Shown here in pieces: positions 10,243 to 19,579 of a stretch of 32,000 nucleotides of DNA (within the stretch, counting starts at the first letter, position 1; each line of letters starts with the position of its first letter). The notes beneath the pieces are model-generated. The model did not search any database. It saw only the letters and a list, made by a program, of their open reading frames with translations, and was not told the origin of the DNA. The position numbers were made by a program, and so were the translations under genes. This DNA comes from Nitrosospira multiformis ATCC 25196. GTDB taxonomy: Bacteria; Pseudomonadota; Gammaproteobacteria; Burkholderiales; Nitrosomonadaceae. The stretch spans positions 1,950,001 to 1,982,000 of the forward strand of contig NC_007614.1 of assembly GCF_000196355.1 (NCBI RefSeq), given 5' to 3'.

Positions 10243-10404
10243 TTATGAGCAGGGTTCTTCACTTCTCGCGTGCGTTCAGCAGGAGCAGCTGGCAGAGTTA
10301 AGTTTACCCCTTCATTTAGCGGCTCCACGCAACGCAATCATGAAGCAACTCATGCAACCAGGAAAGTACTGAGCGAACTCCAATCAGACAGTGGGAAAAA
10401 AGCC

Positions 10405-11613
10405 ATGTCCCATTATGACGAGAACAAGGACGATACAGCCGGCCACGGCCCTCTGGGCAAGATCGGTGACCACCAGCTAAGCAGTGCCGCCATCCAGACA
10501 CAATGTCAGAGCGAGCATGACCGGGAAATCCCGGAAGTGGATCTCATGTCCCCGCTTACCCTTCGCGGCGTTACTTTCCGCAACCGCATCGCAATGTCTC
10601 CCATGTGCATGTATTCCGCCGAGGATGGTTTTGCCAACGACTTCCATCTCGTCCACCTGGGTAGCCGGGCAATCGGCGGCTTAGGGCTTGTGGTGGTCGA
10701 AGCCACTGCAGTCACGGCTGAGGGCCGTATTTCACCGGGAGACATGGGGATCTGGAAAGATGAACATATCGAGCCGTTGGCTCGCATTGCGCGGTTTGTG
10801 GAGATGCAGGGCGCGATTCCAGGCATCCAACTCGCACACGCCGGACGTAAAGCCAGTTGCGATGCTCCCTGGAAAGGCGGCGGCAGCCTGAAAACGCCGG
10901 CAGAAGGAGGCTGGTCAGTGATTGGGCCCAGTCCCCTGCCGTTTTACGCTGATGATCCCGTCCCAACACCCATGTCGGAAACTGATATCGAGGAATGTAT
11001 CGAGGCATGGGAAGCAGCCGCTCGACGTGCGCTGAACGCCGGCTTCAAAATGATAGAACTTCACGCGGCCCATGGTTACCTCATGCACGAATTTCTATCG
11101 CCGTTAAGCAACCATCGTACTGATAGTTATGGCGGCAGCCTCGCAAATCGTACGCGGCTTTTGCTAAGGGTTGCCAAGGACCTTCGCGATATTATCCCGT
11201 CCGAACTGCCTTTCTTCGTGCGAATCTCGGCAACCGACTGGGTCGAGGGAGGCTGGGATATGGAACAATCGATTATTCTCTGCAGAGAGCTGAAGCTGCT
11301 CGGGGTGGATCTGATCGATGTCTCCTCCGGCGGCGTGATACCGGATGCAAGAATTCCTGTTGCCAAAGGCTATCAGGTTCAATTTGCCCAACGCATCCGC
11401 GATGAAGCGCAAATCCGCACAGGCGGAGTGGGACTCATCACCGACACGCAATACGCCGATGAGATCATCACCGGCGGTCAGGCAGATCTCGTTTTTATAG
11501 GCCGAGAGTTACTGCGGGAGCCTTACTGGGCCCTCAAGGCGCAACATGCGTTAGCGATAGAACCAGAATGGCCGATCCAGTATGGCTATGCTGTCAAGCG
11601 CCGTGCAAAATAG
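10405..11613 (+). CDS. NADH:flavin oxidoreductase, old yellow enzyme/YqjM-like family
   Basis: LMSPLTLRGVTFRNRIAMSPMCMYSAEDGFANDFHLVHLGSRAIGGLGLVVVEATAV...IPGIQLAHAGRKAS...FKMIELHAAHGYLMHEFLSPLSNHRTDSYGGSLANRTRL...ADLVFIGRELLREPYWAL. The start codon is uncertain (10405 or 10543). Confidence 0.95.
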   Translation: MSHYDENKDDTAGHGPLGKIGDHQLSSAAIQTQCQSEHDREIPEVDLMSPLTLRGVTFRNRIAMSPMCMYSAEDGFANDFHLVHLGSRAIGGLGLVVVEATAVTAEGRISPGDMGIWKDEHIEPLARIARFVEMQGAIPGIQLAHAGRKASCDAPWKGGGSLKTPAEGGWSVIGPSPLPFYADDPVPTPMSETDIEECIEAWEAAARRALNAGFKMIELHAAHGYLMHEFLSPLSNHRTDSYGGSLANRTRLLLRVAKDLRDIIPSELPFFVRISATDWVEGGWDMEQSIILCRELKLLGVDLIDVSSGGVIPDARIPVAKGYQVQFAQRIRDEAQIRTGGVGLITDTQYADEIITGGQADLVFIGRELLREPYWALKAQHALAIEPEWPIQYGYAVKRRAK

Positions 11614-11694
11614 CCATGGCAGTTTAATTGCAATCCTGCTGCCGTGGGATAAAGAGAAGGAGTCGCCGGTATGCGCTGAATTGAGCATTCGGCC

Positions 11695-13008
11695 TCAGCG
11701 TTCCGTTATCCCTTCGCGACTCTTGTCGACTTGAGCAGTTGTCACCAGACTGGCGCGATTGCCCCACGCGTTGCGGATATACGACAGAACCAGCGCAACC
11801 TCGCCATCGCGTAAAACCTGTGCGAATGGGGGCATGCCGTAGGGGCGGGAATTGCCTGCAGTGGACGGGGGATAACCTCCATTGAGCACGCTGCGAATGA
11901 CATTCGTAGGGGGTGTAAGGGTAACGCTTCGGTTACCGGCCAAGGGGGGGTAAATTCCCGGGGCGCCCTGCCCCGAGTCGCCATGGCAATCCTGGCAGTG
12001 TTCCTTGTATATCCGTGCCCCGTACCGCAACCAGGCCTGCACCTGTTCCGTCTGTGCGGGAGAATTTACCTGTTGGTGCGATTGTGTTTCAGGCAGTGAT
12101 TTGAGGTAGATCGCCATTGCCCGGGCATCCTCTTTTGTCAGATGCTGGAGGCTCTGACTGACAACTTCGGCCATCGGTCCTGACGTCGTCGCCCTGGGTG
12201 AAATCCCGGTGGTCAGCAGTTGGACAATTTCTTCGACCGGCCAGCCAGCCGTACTTGCCTCCAGACTCGAAGTCAGCGATGGCGCGTACCAGTTGGAGCC
12301 CATGATCTGCCCACCTCCCAGCTTATCATCTCCCTTGCGGCCAATCATGCCACCCAGTGGATTCCGCTCGGCATGGCAGGCGCTGCAATGACCAAGCCCC
12401 TGCACCAGGTAAGCACCCCGGTTCCACTCAGTGCTTTTGGCGGGATCAGCCTGATACACGCCCGGCTTGAAATAAGCGGCACGCCAAAGAGTCAGCAATG
12501 GCTGGAAATCGTATCGGGAAGCAACCTGGCTTGGCGGATTCTGTTGAACGACGGGTTCGAGGGCTTGAAGATGGGCAAAAATCGCATCGGAATCCTCGCG
12601 CGTGACTTTCGTATATTCGGTATACGGAAACGCGGGATACAGAAGCCTCCCATCGCGCGATTTACCCTCGTGCAGCGCTTTCCAGAAATCGTCTTCATCC
12701 CAGTCACCGATTCCGGTTGCCTTATCCGGCGTGATATTGGATGTAACGAACGTGCCAAATGGAGTCGAAAGCTTCCTGCCGCCGGCATAGGCGCCTCCAC
12801 CTTGAGCTGTATGGCATCCTATGCAATTTCCGGCTCGTGCAAGATATGCTCCGCGCGCTCGCCGCTGTTGCAAAAGAACCGATGATAACGGCGTAGCATT
12901 CTTTTCTGCCTTTGCTTCCTTTTTCGGAGAAGGTGCGCCAACTATTTCAGGAGATAGGCCGATACCCGCAAGAACTGCCACTGCGGCAGCGATGACAGCA
13001 ATTTTCAT
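11695..13008 (-). CDS. multiheme cytochrome c (three CxxCH), alcohol-dehydrogenase cytochrome-subunit-like
   Basis: CIGCH, CSACH and CQDCH motifs with RGAYLARAGNCIGCHT...GGRKLSTPFGTFVTSNITPDKATGIGDW, as in cytochrome subunits of membrane dehydrogenases. Overlaps the 3' end of the upstream gene by 4 nt. Confidence 0.9.
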   Translation of the reverse strand: MKIAVIAAAVAVLAGIGLSPEIVGAPSPKKEAKAEKNATPLSSVLLQQRRARGAYLARAGNCIGCHTAQGGGAYAGGRKLSTPFGTFVTSNITPDKATGIGDWDEDDFWKALHEGKSRDGRLLYPAFPYTEYTKVTREDSDAIFAHLQALEPVVQQNPPSQVASRYDFQPLLTLWRAAYFKPGVYQADPAKSTEWNRGAYLVQGLGHCSACHAERNPLGGMIGRKGDDKLGGGQIMGSNWYAPSLTSSLEASTAGWPVEEIVQLLTTGISPRATTSGPMAEVVSQSLQHLTKEDARAMAIYLKSLPETQSHQQVNSPAQTEQVQAWLRYGARIYKEHCQDCHGDSGQGAPGIYPPLAGNRSVTLTPPTNVIRSVLNGGYPPSTAGNSRPYGMPPFAQVLRDGEVALVLSYIRNAWGNRASLVTTAQVDKSREGITER

Positions 13009-13766
13009 CGGTCTGCGCTCCCCTGGACAATACTTCCGCAGCGCTGCGCCATCTCCGGGGACAGCACATTTGCCGGACCTGCATTTTCAGGCACAGGCTG
13101 AGCGGCAAGCCACGCCGCTACGACATTCGTCTCCTTGATCGTGAGTTGTCTGGCGATATCGGACATGCAGTTACTCGCTTGTCCTCTCATCACTCCACCG
13201 TTCTTCCAGGCACCGAATTGGGCGGCGATATAGATGCGCGGAAGCCCCAGGAGTCCCGGAATAAAAGGCGCGGTGCCCATGAGCTGCTTGCCGTGGCATT
13301 CAATGCACGCGGGTATATCCCGCGTGGCATCCCCCTGCTGAATCAGCTGCTGGGCCTGTCTTATTTCAGTGGGAGAAGATATCACCTGTTCCGGCGGAGG
13401 GTAAGGTTGTCTGAGTGCTGAAAAATACGCTGCCATTTCCCGCAGGTATTCATCGCTCACGTTCGCCAACAGTAATGTCATTGGCCGGTAATAGCGGCGT
13501 CCGTCTCGGAAATCCCGCAACTGATTGAAAAGATATCCCTCCGGCTTACCTGCAATTCGAGGGTAATAGGCATCCCTGCCCACCCTGTCTGCCTGGCCAT
13601 GACACACTGTGCAGGGCTTGACCCGCTCAGCCATCGTATCCGGCACGGTCACCGGCATGACCGGTGTAGTCCTGCTCGATGCGATTCCGTCCGAGGCGGC
13701 AGCCAGGGCACTTGATACACCTGATACGGCAGCAGCAATGAATAGAAGTGAAATAAATTGACGCAT
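13005..13766 (-). CDS. diheme cytochrome c, c4-like
   Basis: Signal peptide. CTVCHGQADRVGRDAYYPRIAGKPEGYLFNQLRDFRDGRR and CIECHGKQLMGTAPFIPGLLGLPRIYIAAQFGAWKNG. Confidence 0.9.
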   Translation of the reverse strand: MRQFISLLFIAAAVSGVSSALAAASDGIASSRTTPVMPVTVPDTMAERVKPCTVCHGQADRVGRDAYYPRIAGKPEGYLFNQLRDFRDGRRYYRPMTLLLANVSDEYLREMAAYFSALRQPYPPPEQVISSPTEIRQAQQLIQQGDATRDIPACIECHGKQLMGTAPFIPGLLGLPRIYIAAQFGAWKNGGVMRGQASNCMSDIARQLTIKETNVVAAWLAAQPVPENAGPANVLSPEMAQRCGSIVQGSADR

Positions 13767-14040
13767 GAGGATTGATGAATTACTGGATGCTGGCAGAAAA
13801 TTTCCCTGATGCAGCTGTGCCAGGCTTCCATGCTGTTCAGGAAGGCTATTCAGGAACCAGACAGAGCCTCCCTCGCGCCCGCGAAGGAGTTGTTCAGTAA
13901 TCCTTAAGTTTCACCCAGAAGGGGGGTCCCGGTCAACCGGAGTTGGTTCAATAGGCATTGGAGAGCACGAGCGGCGAATGTCGGTTGTTCTGCTAGACTT
14001 CAGGATGAATAGCGTGTATTCCGCACACTCGGAGGGGAAT

Positions 14041-15411
14041 ATGTTGCTCGGGTCAAATATACTGGAAGTGGGAATCGCTGTCATTTTCGTCTATTTACTG
14101 CTCAGTCTCGTATGTACAGCCCTTAATGAAGGAATTGCGTCATTGATCGACAAACGCGGCAACCTGGTGGAGGGCATAAAGAATCTTCTGAACGACCCGA
14201 AGTTTACCGGGCTGGCGCAGCAACTCTACAATCATGGACTGATAGGCGGAATATCCCAGTACGCTTCCGATCCGTCAAAACGGACTCGCCTTCCCTCCTA
14301 TATGTCCGGCGAAAGCTTCTCTCTGGCTTTGCTCGACATCCTCTCGGCGCGGGGGATCATCGCAGGAAAGTATGGCGATCTTCTGGCGAATGCCGAGGCG
14401 GCGGATGACGCTTATGAAGAAGCCCTGGAAGCAGCGGCAGTTACGCCCGGTGATCCACAACGCGTTGCAGCCGTTACCCAGGCAAAAGATGCGCTTGACA
14501 GGGCAAGGGTAGCGCTCGAAGCAATTGCCGAAAAAGCAAAGGTGGCCTATGGCCAGGCTGTACAAGCGGCAAAGACCGCACCCGACGATATGGCTCTTGT
14601 CAAAGCAGAAGCAGAGGCCCGGCACGAAATCGATAGTATCAGCGCAGCGCTGAAGATGCTCGATGCGCGCCATGCTGCCATCGCGTCCGCAAAAAATCCA
14701 AAAGAGGTTAAATTGCTCCTGACAGCTGACGCCACATTGAAGGAAGCCTTGGCTTTCGCGCGGGACTTTGCTACGGAATATCCGGATCCTCTGGGCAACA
14801 TACAGGAAGGACTGAAAAGGCTACCCGAGGGCCATACCAAGGAAACCCTTCTCGTTCTTGTCGATAAGACCCGGCGGGAAGTGACTGCGATCGAGCATCA
14901 GGCAGAAGCCTTCCGCAAAAATCTCGAAGACTGGTTCAACAAAACCATGGAACGCGTTGGTGGCTGGTACAAGCGCTGGACACAGCGCGTACTGCTTTGT
15001 CTCGCGACTCTGGTCGTGGTTGCTTCCAATGCGGACACGGTGATGCTCATTGAAAGACTTTCAAAGGACAATGTTCTGCGCGCATCGATTGTTGCAGCTG
15101 CGGAGGATACAGTGAAGACTCAGGCGGATGCTGTTTCGGCAGATACAGCTCTCAAGGCGGCAGAGAATCTCAAATTGCCGGTAGGGTGGTCGCTGGACCC
15201 GTATGACTCCGGTTATTTTCGACCTCCCGAGTTATCGTGGAAATATACGGGGTGGGCATTTTACAAGATATTCGGCCTGCTCATTTCCATACTTGCTGTC
15301 ACGCTGGGAGCTCCCTTCTGGTTCGATACATTGAGCAAATTCGTCAATCTGCGCAGCGCGGGGACGCCGCCCGGCGAAAGCAGTAAAAGTGCGCCCCAGT
15401 CCGGGCGATAA
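14041..15411 (+). CDS. uncharacterised membrane protein with central Ala-rich helical region
   Basis: N-terminal TM (EVGIAVIFVYLLLSLVCTALNEGIASLIDKRG), long coiled-coil-like middle, two TM segments (VLLCLATLVVVASNADTV and IFGLLISILAVTLGAPFWFDTLSKFVNLRSAG). The ORF is open from 13978; starts at 14008 or 14041 are the best candidates. Confidence 0.75.
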   Translation: MLLGSNILEVGIAVIFVYLLLSLVCTALNEGIASLIDKRGNLVEGIKNLLNDPKFTGLAQQLYNHGLIGGISQYASDPSKRTRLPSYMSGESFSLALLDILSARGIIAGKYGDLLANAEAADDAYEEALEAAAVTPGDPQRVAAVTQAKDALDRARVALEAIAEKAKVAYGQAVQAAKTAPDDMALVKAEAEARHEIDSISAALKMLDARHAAIASAKNPKEVKLLLTADATLKEALAFARDFATEYPDPLGNIQEGLKRLPEGHTKETLLVLVDKTRREVTAIEHQAEAFRKNLEDWFNKTMERVGGWYKRWTQRVLLCLATLVVVASNADTVMLIERLSKDNVLRASIVAAAEDTVKTQADAVSADTALKAAENLKLPVGWSLDPYDSGYFRPPELSWKYTGWAFYKIFGLLISILAVTLGAPFWFDTLSKFVNLRSAGTPPGESSKSAPQSGR

Positions 15412-15466
15412 CGCTGGAAGGAAGCTCGCTTCCACGAATTCAACGGCAACGAGCCAGCCAAAAAGG

Positions 15467-15508
15467 TTTTTCTGTGAATATCTTAATTTTTCTGTGAATA
15501 TCTTAATT
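15467..15508 (+). repeat. 20-bp tandem duplication covering the start site of the RimK-like gene
   Basis: tctgtgaatatcttaatttt at 15471-15490, followed by tctgtgaatatcttaatt at 15491-15508. The flanking tttt at 15467-15470 also matches the unit. Confidence 0.9.
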
Positions 15509-16993
15509 ATCGTAGACAAATCCGGGGATTGGCCTCTTCAAATTCCAGGCGTGACCGTGGTTGAGGCCCGAGCCTACCTGACCGATCCATCTTTTGCCGT
15601 TCAGGCGGAAAACAATCGCGGCACGAGTGCTACAGGGCAGTCTCTCAAGGTTTTCAACCTTTGTAAATCGTACCGCTATCAAGGATCGGGATATTACGTT
15701 TCATTGCTTGCCGAGGCCCGAGGACATAAACCGGTACCCAAAGTAGGTGCTATTGAGGATTTGCATTCCCGGAATTTGGTGCGCCACTTCATGGAGGAAC
15801 TGGAGGATCTTGTTCAGAGTGTGCTGGCGCCCTTGCCGGGAGACGACTTCCAGCTTGCCTTCTATTTTGGCCGCACTCCGCTTACCGGTTATGATTCCCT
15901 GGGTCATCAGTTCTTCAACCTGTTGCAGGTGCCACTCCTGGCCGTCCGCTTCGAACGCCACCGCCACCGGTGGAGCTTGCGCAGCGCTCGGCCCCTGGGC
16001 GCCGGCGAGATTCCTGTCGAACACCGGGACTTCGCGATACTTGCTGCGACCACTTATTTCAATGAGCGCATGCAGCACCGAAGAAAACCCCCTCCCCGCT
16101 ATGATCTTGCCATTCTCTGCAATCCGGATGAATCTGAGCCGCCCTCCAATGCAAAAGCCCTGCAAAAGTTCAGGAAAGCAGCGGAAAAACTGGACATGCA
16201 CGTGGATTTCATAACGCGGACGGATATCGGCCGGTTGTCGCATTTCGATGCCTTGTTCATTCGCGAAACCACCTTCGTCAATCACTACACCTATCGTTTT
16301 TCGCGGCTTGCATCCGCGGAAAAATTGGCACTGATCGACGACCCCAACTCTATCCTCAAATGCAACAACAAGGTTTACCTGGCTGAACTTCTCGCCCTGC
16401 ATAAAGTGCCGATACCGAAAACGCTGTTGATCCATCATGATAATGTCGGCCGGATTATTCCTGAACTGGGTCTTCCGTGCGTACTGAAGCAACCCGATAG
16501 CTCATTTTCACGAGGAGTCGTGAAAGTGGAGACCGAGAGCGAGCTGATTCCCAAAGTAACCGAACTGCTTGCAAAATCCGTGCTCGTCATTGCACAACAA
16601 TGGCTGCCGACCGAGTTCGACTGGCGGGTAGGCATACTCGACCGGAAGGTGCTGTTTGTAGCTCAATACTTCTTTCCCCCGGGGCATTGGCAGATTATCG
16701 AGCGAGACGCGCAGCGGCATAAACTAAGAGAGGGGGCTACATCGGCTGTTCCACTGGATGAAGCGCCGCAAGAGGTCATCAGTATCGCACTCGAATCAGC
16801 CAACCTCATCGGGGATGGGTTCTACGGAGTGGATATCAAGCAGACGAACGACTGCTGTTATGTAATGGAAGTCAACGATAACCCGAATGTGGATGCCGGC
16901 AACGAAGACGCAGTGCTCGGCGATGCGCTCTACGAGGAAATCATGCGGGTTTTTTTGAGGCGGATTGAAGCCGGCATGCGCTCATCCCACTGA
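15494..16993 (+). CDS. RimK-like ATP-grasp family protein (with RimK-like N-terminal region)
   Basis: Likely GTG start at 15494 (VNILIIVDKSGDWPLQIPGVTVVEARAYLTDP). Ligase core LIDDPNSILKCNNKVYLAELLALHKVPIPKTLLI...LGLPCVLKQPDSSFSRGVVKV...YVMEVNDNPNVDAGNED. Confidence 0.88.
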   Translation: MNILIIVDKSGDWPLQIPGVTVVEARAYLTDPSFAVQAENNRGTSATGQSLKVFNLCKSYRYQGSGYYVSLLAEARGHKPVPKVGAIEDLHSRNLVRHFMEELEDLVQSVLAPLPGDDFQLAFYFGRTPLTGYDSLGHQFFNLLQVPLLAVRFERHRHRWSLRSARPLGAGEIPVEHRDFAILAATTYFNERMQHRRKPPPRYDLAILCNPDESEPPSNAKALQKFRKAAEKLDMHVDFITRTDIGRLSHFDALFIRETTFVNHYTYRFSRLASAEKLALIDDPNSILKCNNKVYLAELLALHKVPIPKTLLIHHDNVGRIIPELGLPCVLKQPDSSFSRGVVKVETESELIPKVTELLAKSVLVIAQQWLPTEFDWRVGILDRKVLFVAQYFFPPGHWQIIERDAQRHKLREGATSAVPLDEAPQEVISIALESANLIGDGFYGVDIKQTNDCCYVMEVNDNPNVDAGNEDAVLGDALYEEIMRVFLRRIEAGMRSSH

Positions 16994-17092
16994 TCTGCAA
17001 TCAAGCATTTGGCAATGCCCTCTCTATCGGGCAGCCTAGCTGAATCCGTTAGGGGGTCTTGTAAACAGGAACTCTGACCAGCACCTGCGGCA

Positions 17093-18073
17093 CTATGCCA
17101 GCTTCGTGCGATCATGGGGCTCATCGAGATTCAGGATCGGGCCCACCGGCACAATGCGATTCGGATTGATGGTGGGATGACTGCGGTAATAGTGCTCCTT
17201 GATGTGCTGCATGTTCACAGTCTCTGCCACACCCGGCCATTGATACAACTCCCGTGTGTAGGCCCAGAGATTGGGATAATCCACGAGACGCCTGAGGTTG
17301 CACTTGAAATGGCCGTGATAGACCGGATCAAAGCGGATCAGCGTGGTGAATATCCGCCAATCGGCTTCAGTGATACAGTTGCCGATGAGATAACGCTGAC
17401 GTGAAAGCAGTTGTTCCAGCTCGTCCATGCATCTGAACAGCACCATCACCGCCTTCTCATATACCGATTGCCTAGTGGCAAAACCTGCCTTGTAAACGCC
17501 ATTATTGACGTCAGCGTAAATGCGCGCATTGATCTCGGCGATCTGTGGAAGCAATACCTCAGGCGCATAATTCCCGGGCAAAGCGCCTATTCCATCGAAA
17601 GCCGAGTTCATCATGCGGATGATATCGGCCGATTCATTGCTGACAATGGTATTCCGCTGCAAATCCCAGAGCACGGGTACTGTCACGCGTCCACTATAGT
17701 CAGGCACCGACCGGAGGTAGACTTCATAAAGATAGGATGCGCCACCCACGGGATCAGGTATTACTCCCGGCGCCTCATCAAAAGTCCAGCCATGCTCGCC
17801 CATGTAGGGATGCACCACCGAAACACTGATCATGCTCTCAAGCCCTTTGAGCATCCGAAAAATCAGCGTGCGGGAAGCCCAGGGGCAAGCAAGCGAGACA
17901 TATAGATGATAACGCCCCGCCTCGGCGGGAAACCCGCCTTCGCCGGTGGGCCCCGGACTGCCATCGGCCGTTATCCAGTTGCGGAACTGCGCATTGGTAC
18001 GGATGAACCGGCCGCCGGTCGATCTGGTATCGTACCACTCGTCCACCCACTTGCCTTTAACGAGTAAACCCAT
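17093..18073 (-). CDS. yqjG: glutathionyl-hydroquinone reductase, YqjG/ECM4-type glutathione S-transferase
   Basis: FPAEAGRYHLYVSLACPWASRTLIFRMLKGLE, VPVLWDLQRNTIVSNESADIIRMMNSAF, LIGNCITEADWRIFTTLIRFDPVYHGHFKCNLRRLVDYPNLWAYTRELYQWPGVAETVNMQHIKEHYY. Confidence 0.95.
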   Translation of the reverse strand: MGLLVKGKWVDEWYDTRSTGGRFIRTNAQFRNWITADGSPGPTGEGGFPAEAGRYHLYVSLACPWASRTLIFRMLKGLESMISVSVVHPYMGEHGWTFDEAPGVIPDPVGGASYLYEVYLRSVPDYSGRVTVPVLWDLQRNTIVSNESADIIRMMNSAFDGIGALPGNYAPEVLLPQIAEINARIYADVNNGVYKAGFATRQSVYEKAVMVLFRCMDELEQLLSRQRYLIGNCITEADWRIFTTLIRFDPVYHGHFKCNLRRLVDYPNLWAYTRELYQWPGVAETVNMQHIKEHYYRSHPTINPNRIVPVGPILNLDEPHDRTKLA

Positions 18074-18184
18074 TCTGCAGATCCTTCCTGTTTTGCCGGG
18101 CCCGGACGATCAAATCGGTCGATTACTGATTTTGATCATACGGCTGTTCCCCGATATCCGACAGCCATTTTGATGTTTACCGCC

Positions 18185-19258
18185 CTATTCTATGTTGAGG
18201 TCTAGCTGCTTGACGTCCTTGAACTCATTCAATGCCGCGTAAATATCGCCGCGCCTGTAAGTATTCATCTCGGTTGATAAGGATTTTCCATCCAGTCTCG
18301 CCACTATGTTTGGCCCCTGTTCAACTCCCCGTCTTTTTAAAAAATGGCCAACCAGACTGGAAAGATTCTCTCTTGAGTTCGGGTATAGCGGCATGAGGCT
18401 TGAATCCAGGCCCTGTTCGGCAATCGCCTGTTTGACGGAAATGAATGCGTTCTGGTCACGCAAAGCAGACACGGCTTCTCTCAATTCTGCAATCACAACA
18501 TCCTGTTCATGCAATTTCTTATCGTGATCTCCCAGCCGCGGCGCAATAATCTGCCGGATAATCTCAAGCAATGTTTCTTGTGTGACAGGAGAACCTGGCA
18601 GGCTACTGGAGCTTATTCCCTGACTCAGTGCCCGTTCCTGAAGATCATATCCCCAATGAACCAGGCGTTCGTAGTTATCGTGAAATCTTTCAATATCCCG
18701 CTGCTCCTGTTTGGGCCTGCCTTTAAACTGGGTTTGATACCATTGTCTGTCGAAGACGCGCAACTGTTCAGCAACGATATGCCAGCGATAAACCAGCACC
18801 CCCTTGTAGATCATTTCCAGTTCGCCATCCATCACGTTCTTGTTCAGCAAGGCTGTTCTGATCAGACCTGTTTCAAACCAGACTTTCATGGCGTCCGGAA
18901 CCTGTAATGCCCTGGCCCATGATTTTGCCGAGGCATATACACGCCCGCCGCTGATCAGATAATTCAGTTGTCCACCATTGGGTGATAATTCCTTCATGGG
19001 GACGACATTGGTAAGAGTTTTCATTCCTGTACCTGTAGAGCAAACTTCCACAAAACTGGCAAGACCGGAATCCAGCCAAACCAGTAATGCCGCGCTTTGA
19101 ACGCCTCTGGATACCGGCTTCCCCCGGTATAATGTTTGTACCGGTTGCTCGCCGACCCGATAAATATGCTTTATATCCTTTTTATACCCTTTCGAGTGGC
19201 AGTCACACCAGGTATTGTACAGCTCCTTCAACTCCCGGGATTGAGTCTGCGTTTGCAT
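18185..19258 (-). CDS. hypothetical protein, possible antirepressor-like C-terminus
   Basis: Long ORF (up to 391 aa) with a likely start at the internal Met (MQTQTQSRELKELYNTW). Balanced composition, coiled-coil segment LHEQDVVIAELREAVSALRDQNAF. C-terminal SRENLSSLVGHFLKRRGVEQGP...TYRRGDIYAALNEF. Confidence 0.7.
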   Translation of the reverse strand: MQTQTQSRELKELYNTWCDCHSKGYKKDIKHIYRVGEQPVQTLYRGKPVSRGVQSAALLVWLDSGLASFVEVCSTGTGMKTLTNVVPMKELSPNGGQLNYLISGGRVYASAKSWARALQVPDAMKVWFETGLIRTALLNKNVMDGELEMIYKGVLVYRWHIVAEQLRVFDRQWYQTQFKGRPKQEQRDIERFHDNYERLVHWGYDLQERALSQGISSSSLPGSPVTQETLLEIIRQIIAPRLGDHDKKLHEQDVVIAELREAVSALRDQNAFISVKQAIAEQGLDSSLMPLYPNSRENLSSLVGHFLKRRGVEQGPNIVARLDGKSLSTEMNTYRRGDIYAALNEFKDVKQLDLNIE

Positions 19259-19579
19259 CCTGGATTCCCCCAGGGACGAGGGTGCAGAATGAGGGTGCAG
19301 AATCTGTGTATGACAAGAAGGGAAGAGGTATATTCTTGATGGTTCTTCTGGAATCATCAACCTTTTGCAAGGCGGTAGAAAAATCGTGACTTGGACGGGA
19401 ATTCTCTGAGCTGACCCGTGGGCAGATTATCGATAATGTATTTTATCAATAATAAAGGATGTGTTAATTTTGGCGTACTTCCATGAATATTGTGTTGAGG
19501 ACCAATCCGATACGGAAAAAGCCCGCATTGCCAGATCGCTCTGCCACCATAAACCATCGTTAAAAGCAGAAATTACAAC

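Noticed and set aside
12220-12885. 221-aa plus-strand ORF inside the cytochrome gene
   Set aside because: Antisense to a gene with three CxxCH motifs; composition artefact.
13978-14040. Extended N-terminus of the membrane protein ORF (MSVVLLDFRMNSVYSAHSEGN...)
   Set aside because: The first hydrophobic helix begins after the Met at 14041 (MLLGSNILEVGIAVIFVYLLL). Earlier starts lack a convincing conserved segment, although 14008 cannot be excluded.
15701-16492. 263-aa minus-strand ORF
   Set aside because: Fully inside the RimK-like gene on the opposite strand; no recognisable domain.
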